In this document: in pieces, positions 29,079 to 44,781 of the stretch
Layout: the number at the start of each line of letters is the position of its first letter
Position numbering within the stretch: position 1 is the first letter of the stretch
From: Octopus vulgaris
Taxonomy: Eukaryota
Reading direction: 5' to 3'
Assembly: GCA_951406725.2 (NCBI GenBank)
Contig: OX597815.1
Coordinates: 4,030,001-4,094,000 of the forward strand
DNA length: 64,000 bases
Notes under the pieces: model-generated
Databases searched by the model: none
What the model was told of the DNA's origin: nothing
Seen by the model: the letters and a program-made list of their open reading frames with translations, nothing else
Position numbers and translations under genes: made by a program

Positions 29079-29448
29079 CTAATGTAGGATATATATATAT
29101 GTATGTATGTATGTATATGTATATGTTTGTATGTATGTATATATGTATGTATGTATGTATGCATGAATATATGCATATATATATGTGCATATATACTCAT
29201 ATATACACACACACACACAAACACATTCACCATACATACAAACACACGCACTTGCATACATATTTACCCCCCCCCCCACTTTTTATATATATGCGTATAT
29301 ATTTTATTTGTCTTTTTGTAATGCATTGACATTATTTTTCATTTTTCTTGAAAATTTTCAATTTCTATTCATTTTTTTTTTTAATTATGCTTTTTATATT
29401 ATAATTCACACTCACACGTTTATATGCAGAAAAAAACAATTATAGAAA

Positions 29449-29565
<117 letters not shown>

Positions 29566-30202
29566 TGATATGTAAAATAAATATACATCTATTCAGACAA
29601 ATATTTATATAGAGATATACCAATATGCAGATATATGTAATATATATACGCTTATTTATACTTATGTATAGAATATACATTGCATTTAAATTATATATAA
29701 TTATCATATAATCATATATATATATATATATATATACACATACATAAACATACAAACACACACATATTAATATATATATATATATGCGCGCATGTATATG
29801 TATATACTTATAATGCATAGTGCTTACTTATGTATACATACATGTATCTATTTATATATATATATCTATGTATATATGTATATATGTATATATATATGTA
29901 TATACATATACATATATATATGTGTATATACATATACATACATATATATGTATATATATACACACATATATATGTATGTATGTATATATATACATACATA
30001 TATATGTATACATACATATATATATACATACATACATACATACATACATACATGTATAGACAGATATAGCTATAGCTATCTTAATATTCTGTCATGTATA
30101 CACGGCTGAATATTATGCATGTTTGTATATTTAAGTAGCTATAGATGAATATATATATATAAATGCCTATATATCCATAGATAAATATATATATATATAT
30201 CC

Positions 30203-30238
<36 letters not shown>

Positions 30239-30279
30239 TTATATATGTATATATATATATGTGTGTATGTATGTATGTA

Positions 30280-30338
<59 letters not shown>

Positions 30339-30394
30339 GTATATATATATAGCGTGTATATATATACCGCATATCCGCCTATCAGTTCACTTAC

Positions 30395-30586
30395 CTGCTT
30401 GTGGTCATTGCAATCTTCCCCAACATTTTTGATGTCATTTTTACCACCAACTGCTGCTGATGCTGCTGATGCTGCTGTTGATAGTGTTGTTGTTGTTGTT
30501 GTTGTTGCTGGTGCTGCTGTTGCTGATGCTGCTGGTGCGGCGGCTGACGCTGCTGCTGCCGCCGTAGCCGCCGCTACCGTCTGCCC
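30395..30586 (-). CDS. Candidate 192-nt phase 0-0 coding exon (Ala/Thr-rich), gene unknown
   Basis: Perfect CAG|GTAAGT donor at 30395/30394; CCTAACCAG| acceptor; open frame GQTVAAA...GEDCNDHKQ (64 aa). Confidence 0.4.
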
Positions 30587-30689
30587 CTGGTTAGGTATGG
30601 ATGGATGGATGGATAGATCGTTCTCTCCCTCAGAGCTGAGATGCGCTGCTTGTCGGGATGATGTTAATAACGATGAAGAAGCAGACCAC

Positions 30690-30787
30690 GACGACGACGA
30701 TGGCGGCGGCGGCGGCGGCGACGGCGATAGTGAAAGTGATGCGGATGAGGATGATGTAGATGATGATGATAAGGATGATGACGATAG

Positions 30788-30835
<48 letters not shown>

Positions 30836-31190
30836 CGATGGTGATGATGACGATGATGATGATGATGATGGTGATGATGACGACGATGATGATGATGAGG
30901 ATGATGATGATGACGATGATGATGATGATGATGGTGATGATGACGACGATGATGATGATGAGGATGATGACGACGACAACGGCGAGGACGTTGAGGATGA
31001 TGATGATGAGGAGGAGGATGATGGTGATGATGATGATGATGATGAGGATGATGATGATGATGTAGATGATGATGGTTAGGGTGATGATGATGATGACGAT
31101 GATGATGCTTATAAGATGGCGACGACGACGATGATGATGATGATGATGGTGATGGTGATTGTGATGGTGATGGTGATGATGACGATGGTT
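30690..31190. repeat. Imperfect (GAT)n trinucleotide array
   Basis: Direct reading. Confidence 0.95.
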
Positions 31191-32119
31191 TCGATGGGAT
31201 AGTTGGCGATGCTGACCAGAATGATGCTGGCGAAGCTGTAAGAAGAAGTAGGATAAGGGAGGGGGTCGGGTGTTCGTGGGGGTGTGGGGTCGTGGGGGTG
31301 GGAATGGGGCAGGGCGGGGAGATACCGGGCTACGGTGGCGGTGGGTCGTCAATGGACCCCCCCCCGTCCAGAGACAGGGAGACAACAGCTACGGCAGGGA
31401 GATGGTTAAAGCCACGAGGAGGGGACGGAGAGACGGGATGGAAGGAAGGAAGGAAGGAAGAAGGGAGGCAGGGTGGGTTAGGAGTACCTCTAGGGTAATG
31501 ACAGCCTGACGATGATGATGATGAAGAGGAGGAGGAGGGGGAGAAGGGGGGGAGGAGGGTAATAAACTGAGGTGCTTGGGGATGATGATGATAATTGTGA
31601 TGATGATGATGATGGCGGTGGCGATGATGATGATGATGATGGTGGGGGGGTGATGATGGTGGTGGTGGTGGTGATGATGACGATGATGACGATAGTGATG
31701 ATGGTGGTGGTGGTGACGGTGGTGGTGGTGGTGGTGGTCGCCGTCGTTGTCATGGTGCTTATAATAAACTCTACAAGTATCAATTCTTTTAATGTTATCA
31801 ATTTTCTTTTAATGTCATCATCGACTGCGTCATTGTGACAACTTAGGCTGTGGAGGGCGATTTGGCTGCTATGTGTCAAACAAATTGGCAGACCACTGGG
31901 AAAAGCGGGAAGCTTTAACCGTATCTAAAGGGGTAGAATGAAAATAAATTCAGTAACCGGGTGGATAAGCAATTAACTTGCAATTAGCTATTGCGACGCA
32001 GACGACGTTCCAAAGTTTCCGCAAAACAAAGGCTGAGGGTGGGTGTCCACTGTTTCTCGAAGGTCGTGCAGTGTCAGTTCACCGTGTATTGCATGGCTTA
32101 TGTACATATATATATATAG

Positions 32120-32207
<88 letters not shown>

Positions 32208-32286
32208 ATATGTATGTATATATATACATATATGTATATATGTATGTATGTATGTATGTATGTGTGTGTGTATGTGTGTGTGTATG

Positions 32287-32363
<77 letters not shown>

Positions 32364-32378
32364 ATATATATATATAGA

Positions 32379-32410
<32 letters not shown>

Positions 32411-32415
32411 TAGAC

Positions 32416-32510
<95 letters not shown>

Positions 32511-32806
32511 CAGATACAATGCCGGACTGGCAAGGTTGCTAGCTTGCCCCATGGCAAGTGGGCCCCTGCGACATTAGAATCCATATATGGAGGTCCATGT
32601 TAGTATCCTAGGGGCTCATCCCCTCAAGTTTGGGAATTTTTTATTCACTCCTGGAAGAATGCATTAATTATTTCAGCCTAGATGTGTTTGTAAACAGTTG
32701 AAAAGAATACTTTTAACGAAAAATATTATTTAAAAAATAATAGCATTGTAGTTGCGGGTGGGTCCCCTTAGTCTCCTGGCAACCAATATTTTTAGACTCA
32801 GTCATT

Positions 32807-32845
<39 letters not shown>

Positions 32846-32921
32846 ACAAGCATGTTTGTATGTAAATATGCATGTATGATTCAGTATGTTTATCACTCTA
32901 CCTGTCTTTGCACCTATGATA

Positions 32922-32993
<72 letters not shown>

Positions 32994-33003
32994 TGTATGT
33001 ATG

Positions 33004-33035
<32 letters not shown>

Positions 33036-33072
33036 AGTAACCAGGAAAACAGCAACAAGAATGGATCAGTAG

Positions 33073-33159
33073 TTTAATACAATTGTTTCATACTATAAAC
33101 ATTTTATTTAAAGCTGCAAATATTACAGCAAATATAATGTCAAGTATTCTTCAGCTAAA
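33073..33159 (-). ncRNA. Type I HHR with canonical core and long stem II
   Basis: tttag-CTGAAGA-atact-(long imperfect hairpin)-agtat-GAAA-CAATTG-TA-ttaaa. Confidence 0.85.
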
Positions 33160-33592
33160 TTTCATATAGGTTTTCCAAACATCTTGGAGAGTGTAAATAT
33201 CCTTATGAAGTTGTAGGTGTGAGTTCCATGAATTTGAAGTAATATTCCAAACAGACTGTATATGTTTTCCAACAATACAAAGTTTTAAAATTAATTATTG
33301 ACATCCCAGAGAAGATAAATCTACTCATAAAGATGTGGATATAAGTTCCAAGAGACATGAGGAGAGATGCCGGTCAGACCACGGTTAAGTTCGCATCTAA
33401 CTGTTGCAGACAAAATTCTATAGTAGCATGAAAGACAGCGGGGTAGGTGTAGCTAGAGCAAAGGACAGCAGGAGAAAAAAATATAATAGGGATGTAAGAA
33501 GGAATAAAGATACTACAAAGAAAGGTCAGTCTATATCAGTCGGGACAGAAAATCTAGGTCAGTGTAGAAGGAATCTTAAATTCTTAAAAGAA

Positions 33593-33655
<63 letters not shown>

Positions 33656-33767
33656 GTTGAAGAGCATAGGCTCGAAAATTCAAACACTTTTCCTATCTTC
33701 CTGAGCGTGAAACTAATACACCTGCATGCAGCTCCCTTGTCTTCGGCGTTTGTTTTCTGTGAATTTA

Positions 33768-33823
<56 letters not shown>

Positions 33824-33958
33824 GTTATTTAAAGCAGCAGAAAACTCAGAGTAACAGGTTTTGTAGAATTTTCTGCTGCTTTAAATAAAGCATATTACTC
33901 TACCACTGGTATTTGAGTACTCTTTTTCCACCTTGTTTCACATTTATGTGTTTACTCC

Positions 33959-34038
<80 letters not shown>

Positions 34039-34721
34039 TGTATGTATGTATGTATGTATGTATGTATGTATGTATATATACATGTACAAATACACACACA
34101 CAGACACACACACACACATAGACATACATACATACATATATTCACATATGAATGAGAAGCAATATGGGGGATATAAATACCGAACACACATACGCCAGGT
34201 ATGTGTTTTGCTAGTTCTTGGGCAGGCTGCGATTTATTGGCTTGAGAGAATATATTCTCATCAATTCGCCTGGTGTTAAAACGCACGGAAGTCATAGACA
34301 AGAGAGATAACTGGCATCAGGCCCCTTTACAGGGGCAGTAGACAATGATTTTTTTCGTCGTTCTTGTGATTTGTCAATATCGCGTACCTGTAAGAAGGCC
34401 AGACGCAAGCTAAACCGCTGTCCATGATTATATGCAAAATGGTATGAGAACCATGTGCTGGTCTGTCCCAGCGTTTCAGATCAAGGAAAGAGTTCACATA
34501 TGAATGATAAGCAATATGCGACGAACTTGCAAATGATTTCCTCTAGCAAAAATCACTCACAAGGCATTGGTCGACCCGGGGCTATAGAAGAAACTCGCCC
34601 AAAGCGCTGCGCAGTGGAGCTGAACCCGAAACCACATGGTTGCACAGTAAGTTTCTTAACCATACAACTGTACATGGTTGAATGATTGAAATGCTTCACA
34701 TTATAGCTCTGCAGCAACAAG

Positions 34722-35135
34722 TGGAGGTGCAATGGCCCAGTGGTTAGGGCAGTGGACTCGCGGTCGGAGGATCGCGGTTTCGATTCCCAGACCGGGCGTT
34801 GTGCGTGTTTATTGTGCGAAAACACCTAAAGCTCCACGAGGCTCCGGCAGGGGGTGGTGGCGAACCCTGTTGTACTCTTTCGCTCCAGCTTTCTCTCAAT
34901 CGTTCTTCCTGTTTCTTGTCCCCGACTTCCTACGCAACCGCTGAGCCTGGATGCACATTCATCCATCCGTCGATGCTCTCGGTGTCGGGGGTTGACCTGC
35001 TCTCTCTTCTGCGGGTCTTACGAAGAGCAAAGGACCACGTTTCGGACTTCTCCCACTACAGACAAGCCCGAGGAGCAATCTTGCGATCTCTGGGACGAAG
35101 ACCGCTTCGCTCAACAAACAAACAAACAAACAAAT
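34722..35135 (+). mobile_element. SINE family 3 with alternative 3' tail ending (CAAA)n
   Basis: Same head as 7210 and 57291, different sequence after ~34910. Confidence 0.8.
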
Positions 35136-35292
35136 CAGCAACAACACAACAATAATCCAAGCAAACTAATGAAGGTCTATATTAACAAAACGAAAAAGAG
35201 TAATGGTAATGAGAAAAGACAACGAAATTGTCTCCTCGTGGAGGGGATCCATCTGGAAACGTCAGCAGACTTTGCTTTTGTGGGATACAAAC

Positions 35293-35530
35293 TCATCACT
35301 CTGCGCGCGTAAGCGGAAGCCGGGTATTGTAATCACTCCTTTTTGTCTGTGTGTTTGCAAAATTACTGGGAAACGGCTGAACGGATTTCCACCAAATTCG
35401 GCAGAAATACTCATTGGATGAGTATCTCGAAATGATGAAAATTCGGTTTGATTATCTTGATAAATACATTCAAAGATAAAATGAAAACAAGAAGGCATTG
35501 GAGAGGTGATGCACTCCCAGTGCGCAGATA
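35293..35530 (+). mobile_element. HINE/DINE-1-like (Helentron-associated) element
   Basis: TGTCTGTGTGTT..CAAAATTACT..AAACGGCTGAACGGATTTC core and 3' GCAC-TCCCA-GTGC hairpin. Confidence 0.5.
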
Positions 35531-35739
35531 AATTTTTTCGCAAATTCTAGAATGGTTTACAACACGTTGCTTACCCATGCTGTTTGATTGAACTGAATTA
35601 ATTTTATTAAATTAATTTTTTTTTTTGTAAGTATCACCATTATTAACAAGTGACTTACAAATATTGCTCGCTGGAATTATTAAATGTATTTTTGATAATG
35701 GGTTTGGAACACTCGAAATATAAACATTAACAAATTAGG

Positions 35740-36035
35740 ACCCAGTACTGCAACAACTTGGATTTCAAGGGTCCACAAATAGTCAACATTCGGCCAAAGA
35801 ACTTCGGAAAATTTCGAGATGTCAATGCAGGGTTCTTCAAAGATCTTCTCGATAAGTTTTTATCTGGGGTATCAGATGAACCCACATCACGGCAGGGGGA
35901 CACAAAAAAGAGCTGCTCCGGCAAACTCGCTGCTTCACCAGAAACAGTACAGAAAAGAAATCCAAGCATACTGAAATCCGGTGCTCCAGCACGGCCTCGG
36001 CCTCTGGCTGAAACCAGTAAAAGATAAAACGATAA
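35740..36035 (+). mobile_element. CR1/Jockey-group LINE 3' end
   Basis: LDFKGPQIVNIRPK..FFKDLLDKFLSGVSDEP; tail GGTGCTCCAGCACGGCC..CTGAAAC. Confidence 0.75.
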
Positions 36036-36435
36036 ATCTGTTGCACAGTTCCAATCAGAGTTGAAGCAAAGGAAAGGACGAACAGATACTCGTCTTTGGG
36101 GCAAGTATGAAAAGGTGTAACATTTCCTCTTACTTATTATGAATGCTAATTAAGGCACGGGGTGGGCGGCAATTGGCATTTGCCTCCAGGCGCAGCACAT
36201 CTTTGATTTGACACCGATTTCAATAATGGGATAAAAATATCGAAACGGTCATTTGTGTGTATTCTGTGTGTCTGAGTATTCCGTATTGTGTTTGTATAGA
36301 ATTGATCCGCTCTCAGTCGCCATTTGGCATCCTCTACAAGCAGAAATCGTTTTGATTAATCAAGAATTTATTTTGTATGGTATTTGAAAGACCACTAATT
36401 TGACTATGTTTAAATATACGCGCGCGCGCACATAT

Positions 36436-36488
<53 letters not shown>

Positions 36489-37045
36489 GAGTGAGAGAGC
36501 AGTTCATGCCATCAAAGTGACACTGGGGTAAAATATACGAAGCCCAATATACCCATCATGACTACCCGTCTGATAAAGGTACACCAGGCACATGCATCAC
36601 AACCATATGTGCGCGACATGGTGATCTCATATCAAGATAAACAGCACATGACCTTGCAGGTGGGGCCCAGTTAGAATTTTCTTCAGGTTGAGTAACCCAT
36701 CCCGCTCAAACGGTCCCTGAATAAGGGTTGTTTAAGGATGTTGAAAGAACCACCCATGTTTCCAGAGGTGAACTATTCAAACCCCAAAGAATCCCTCTCA
36801 ACACATGGCTATGATGCTCCCCCACTATTTCTGCTCGTGATCAGAGATGCACATATCGTCAGCCACTAAGGGACATGCTCAACTGGTTAAGGTCAAACAA
36901 CTGACAAGCAAATCTGTGGTATTGAGCAGAATATTTGCTGTAGCCCATCTTTTATACCAAGACAAAACAATGTACATGATAACACTTCCAATCAGTTAAG
37001 ATCAGAAGCCATGAGAGCCACTGCCTGGTACTGCATCAGGGCATT
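36489..37045. mobile_element. Unclassified ~556-bp non-coding insertion within (TTA)n
   Basis: Complex sequence with sharp boundaries and (TTA)n on both sides. Confidence 0.55.
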
Positions 37046-37095
37046 TATTATTATTATTATTATTATTATCATCATCATCATCATCATCATCATCA

Positions 37096-37411
37096 TTGCC
37101 TTTGCACAGCTTCTAACGCTGGAGATGTACTACAGTGTCAGCTGTTCACTACCAGTGAACTAAGGTAACACCTCTTATTTCTCGAGCACCTTCCAGAGTA
37201 TTCGAGCGGTTCCAAGCAGTGCTGTTTTCTGCAAGTGCTCCCCCTTTATTGCAGCCCCAATTTGTTCCATGTAATTCTCAAGATTTTTACTCACTGTTCT
37301 CAATTCTCCGACAATTATTGGTACTACTACCTTTTTCATCGACCACAACTGCTTAACCTCCCAAGCTAACTTGTCGTATCTCTCGACTTTTCTTTCTTCC
37401 TTATCGCATGA
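37096..37411 (-). mobile_element. R4/Dong-clade non-LTR 3' fragment (family B)
   Basis: KVERYDKLAWEVKQLW..VVPIIVG..LQKTALLGTARIL. Confidence 0.85.
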
Positions 37412-37423
37412 TTATTATTATTA

Positions 37424-39151
<1,728 letters not shown>

Positions 39152-39168
39152 TGATGATGATGATGATG

Positions 39169-39263
<95 letters not shown>

Positions 39264-39324
39264 AAGAAGAAGAAGAAGAAGAAGAAGAAAAAGAAGAAGA
39301 AGAAGAAGAAGAAGAAGAAGAAGA

Positions 39325-39797
<473 letters not shown>

Positions 39798-39799
39798 TG

Positions 39800-39887
<88 letters not shown>

Positions 39888-40034
39888 TGCTAATAATAAT
39901 AATAATAATAATTCTCTATCTCATGGTCGCTTTTTTTTTTAGAATCATTTATTATCAAAAAGAAAACAAACAGTGATAAATGAGAAAGAAAGCAAATGAT
40001 GTTGGATCATAAATATATCATGACCAGCTGACAA

Positions 40035-40275
40035 TAAGGTATACGATAAGGAAAAAGAAAAGTCGAGAGATATGACAGGTTAGCTTGGGAGGTTAAGCAG
40101 TTGTGGTCGCTGAAAAAAGTGGACGTAGTACCAATAATTGTCGGAATCCTGGGAACAGTGAGTAAAAATGTTGAGAAGTATATGAAACAAATAGGGGCTG
40201 TAATAAGGGTGAAGCACTTGCAGGAAAGAGCACTACTTGGAACCGCTCGAATACTCCGGAAGGTGCTCGAAAATT
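40035..40275 (+). mobile_element. R4/Dong family B fragment flanked by a 23-bp direct repeat
   Basis: AATATATCATGACCAGCTGACAA at 40012-40034 and 40276-40298. Confidence 0.85.
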
Positions 40276-40454
40276 AATATATCATGACCAGCTGACAAAA
40301 AAGTACCCTTGATTTCGACTGACGGTGAAACAATTGTCAACTGATGTAACAAAATAATTTGGTCACTTCAGGCTCATTGTTAATACGTGTGCGTGTGTGT
40401 GTGTGTGTGTCTGTGTGTGTGTGTGCATGCATGATTGCATACGTATATTTTTCT

Positions 40455-40825
40455 CTCTAGTTTCATCTCAGAGCTGCGGCCAAGCTGGTGCACTGCCGTT
40501 TTGCTACACTGTTATTAGTAAGAGCCTCCTCTAATAGGTGGCACTTGATGAAGAAAGGAGTTTGATATAGCTACCCTCATTTGCACCTCTTGCCGTAAGG
40601 TAGGCTCATCTGGGACTCTCGACAGGAAGAGGTCCAGCTTTGATTTAAAAACCCCTACATCTACTATGTGCAAGTCCCTCAGACTTTTAGGGAGAATATT
40701 AAAAAGCTGTGGGCCCTTGAAACCCAGGCTGTTGCAGTAACTGGTCCTGAAGCGTGATGGCATTGCTGGGATCATTGGCACTATACAGTGTCGTCCCGTT
40801 CTAGCATTGGTGTAGCTTTCAATGC
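40455..40825 (-). mobile_element. CR1/Jockey-group LINE 3' end
   Basis: NSLGFKGPQLFNILPK..FKSKLDLFLSRVPDEP; tail GTGCACCAGCTTGGCCGCAGCTCTGAGATGAAAC. Confidence 0.85.
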
Positions 40826-40838
40826 CAAAATTTAGCAT

Positions 40839-40905
<67 letters not shown>

Positions 40906-40989
40906 GCTTACACGTGTGCACGAAATACACATACACGTACATACATGCACGCGCACATTCACACATTTATACGTACAACCATATATACG

Positions 40990-41165
40990 CACATACATAC
41001 ACACATACATACATGCATACATACATACATACATACATACATACATACATACATACATACATACATACATACATACATACATACATACATACATACATAC
41101 ATACATACATACATACATACATACATACATACATACACACATACATACATACATACATACATACA

Positions 41166-41199
<34 letters not shown>

Positions 41200-41225
41200 C
41201 ATACATACATACATACATACATACA

Positions 41226-41259
<34 letters not shown>

Positions 41260-41469
41260 CATACATACATACATACATACATACATACATACATACATAC
41301 ATACATACATACATACATACATACATACATACATACATACATACATACATACATGCATACATACATGCATGCATACATACATACATACATGCATACATAC
41401 ATGCATGCATACATTACACATGCATACATACATACATACATACATTCATACATACATACATACATACAT

Positions 41470-41500
<31 letters not shown>

Positions 41501-41640
41501 TAATACATACATACATACATACATACATACATACATACATACATACATACATACATACATACATGCATACATACATACAAATATACATACATACATACAT
41601 ACATACAGTCATACATACATACATACATGCATACATAAAT
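40990..41640. repeat. (CATA)n microsatellite, ~650 bp
   Basis: Direct reading. Confidence 0.95.
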
Positions 41641-41884
41641 ACGCACACACATCCGATGATGTATAAATATATAGACGTGCTGCACGAAGCTTTTGCTGCG
41701 GTCAATATCGAATACTTAAGCTGATCGTTACATTAAATTATGGGATGTCCTCTGGGGCACGTAGACAAACTGATGGCGAGATGTGGGAATGGTGGAATGG
41801 TTGTTTATAGAGATGCAGGGATACTGTGGGGTTTGATGGCGTAACTGGGCTGTGGGATGGATGAAGTTATACGGATGAAGACGG

Positions 41885-41954
<70 letters not shown>

Positions 41955-41958
41955 ATTT

Positions 41959-41990
<32 letters not shown>

Positions 41991-42112
41991 CACAATCAAG
42001 GAACGGCCATAATAGGCCATTCACCCACTAGAAATAACAGCCAAAAGCTTTAACCGCAAAATAACGTCAATTCCGTAAACCAGGAGAAAATTAAAAAACA
42101 TTTACCCTGTAA

Positions 42113-42217
42113 TTTCTTAGACGATGCACCGTTTCATCTACCGTTTAATGGAAAACTAACCTGATTAAATTAAATCAAGCCAATCTACCATAGGCCCTTA
42201 GATTCATCAGTAAGAAA
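42113..42217 (-). ncRNA. Intact type I HHR
   Basis: tttctta-CTGATGA-atcta..tagat-GAAA-CGGTGCATCG-TC-taagaaa. Confidence 0.9.
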
Positions 42218-42646
42218 TAGCCAAGCCGGAACAGATATTTTTCACGAGGCATTCTCGTTGCTACCTCGTCAATATCTGACCTAAAATTTTCAAATCGTCG
42301 CACTCGCGCCAAATTTATCGGCAGCAAATAAATATAAGCCGCCGATTCCATTACGGAATTAACCAGAAAATTCATAATTAATCAATATAGGGTGGCAAAA
42401 AAAATTTTGTAGAATTCTGTTGCCACCATGCGGCCTAGTGGGAAAAAAATTAAATAGTCATAAACCATTTTTAAGTTCAACATCACAATCAAGGAACGGC
42501 CATAATAGGCCATTCACCCACTAGAAATAACAGCCAAAAGCTTTAACCGCAAAATAACGTCAATTCCGATTTGAAAATTTTAGGTCAGATATTGACGAGG
42601 TAGCAACGAGAATGCCTCGTGAAAAATATCTGTTCCGGCTTGGCTA

Positions 42647-42751
42647 TTTCTTACTGATGAATCTAAGGGCCTATGGTAGATTGGCTTGATTTAATTTAAT
42701 CAGGTTAGTTTTCCATTAAACGGTAGATGAAACGGTGCATCGTCTAAGAAA
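42647..42751 (+). ncRNA. Intact type I HHR (inverted twin); predicted cut after 42744
   Basis: 7-bp stem I, CTGATGA 42654-42660, GAAA 42729-42732, GTC 42742-42744. Confidence 0.9.
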
Positions 42752-42962
42752 TTACAGGGTAAATGTTTTTTAATTTTCTCCTGGTTTACGGAATTGACGT
42801 TATTTTGCGGTTAAAGCTTTTGGCTGTTATTTCTAGTGGGTGAATGGCCTATTATGGCCGTTCCTTGATTGTGATGTTGAATAAAAATGGTTTATGACTA
42901 TTTAATTTTTTCCCACTAGGCCGCTGGTGGCAAAAGAATTATACAAAATTTTTTTTTGTACC

Positions 42963-43062
<100 letters not shown>

Positions 43063-43147
43063 TATATATATACACATATATATACATATATATATACATA
43101 TATATACACATATATATCATATATATATATATATACATATATGTATG

Positions 43148-43194
<47 letters not shown>

Positions 43195-43246
43195 GTTGAA
43201 AGATAGATAGATAGATACATACATACATACATACATACATGGATGA

Positions 43247-43279
<33 letters not shown>

Positions 43280-43280
43280 C

Positions 43281-43367
<87 letters not shown>

Positions 43368-43437
43368 GGGACAAATGTATATATACATATATTCACACAC
43401 ACACAGACACACACATATACATACATATAGATACAGA

Positions 43438-43670
43438 AGGCCAGCGAGATAGTATAATCGTTAGCACGCCGGGCGAAGTGCTTAGCGGTATTTCGTCTGC
43501 CACTATGTTCTGAGTTCAAATTCCGCCGAGGTCGACTTTGCCTTTCATCCTTTCGGGGTTGATTAAATAAGTACCAGTTAAACACTGGAATCGATGTAAT
43601 CGACTTAATCCGTTTGTCTGTCCTTGCTTGTCCTCTCTGTGTTTAGCCCCTTGTGGGCAATAAAGAAATA
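43438..43670 (+). mobile_element. SINE family 1 with Tx1-like 3' tail
   Basis: Head and central motif, then TGTCCTCTCTGTGTTTAGCCCCTTGTGGGCAATAAAGAAA. Confidence 0.85.
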
Positions 43671-44036
43671 ATATATATATAGAAAGAGCGAGTGATACAA
43701 AGATAGATTGACAAATAGAGATATAGATTGATCAAGATAAATATACATACATGCGTACATACATATACATGATAGATAGGCAGAGACAATGCAGATAGAG
43801 ATAGTAATATGTAAAACGAGATAATGGTGGGGGAAAGTGGGAGAGAGTGAGAGAGAGTGACTGTGCACCAAGAAGCTGCGGAGTCCTCGTCATTCGTCGA
43901 ACGACAGGAGAATCCAATATATTTAAATATATATATATATATATATATATTATATAATAAGAATAATAATATAATAATGGGTATATATTTGTAAAATAAA
44001 ATTTGAAAATGCCGCTATATTAGATAAATGTGGAAT

Positions 44037-44092
44037 CTTTACATGTTTCGGTTCTTCATGAAAAACGAACCTATATCAAAAAAATTTATAAT
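44037..44092 (-). ncRNA. HHR remnant (core decayed)
   Basis: TTGATAT-a-ggttc..gaacc-GAAA-CATG-TA-aaga. Confidence 0.45.
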
Positions 44093-44315
44093 AAACAGTA
44101 TCATGGAACAGTTCATAATCGTTACGTACATTCAATAGAATCCATGTTCTTAAAAAGGCGAACCTTGTCAAATATATTATAAAGAGTATAATAGAAAAAG
44201 TCCATAGTCGTTCCTTACTGTTTTGTCGAGTGTAGTGGAGAAGTTCATTATAGATTTTACCTTGTGCTCCAATGGAAGCAACAGATAGTGATTCTTGGTC
44301 GTCGTCTGTTGGTCG

Positions 44316-44397
<82 letters not shown>

Positions 44398-44409
44398 GTA
44401 ATAATAAAT

Positions 44410-44781
<372 letters not shown>

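Noticed and set aside
30261-31079. Plus-strand poly-Asp ORF
   Set aside because: Starts in a microsatellite, and the splice signals favour the minus strand
36905-37040. Weak likeness to the 28S sarcin-ricin loop and U2 stem-loops
   Set aside because: Matches are too short and not colinear
40288-40345. CTGACAA...GAAACAATTGTC HHR-like string
   Set aside because: Core altered and stem I does not pair in register
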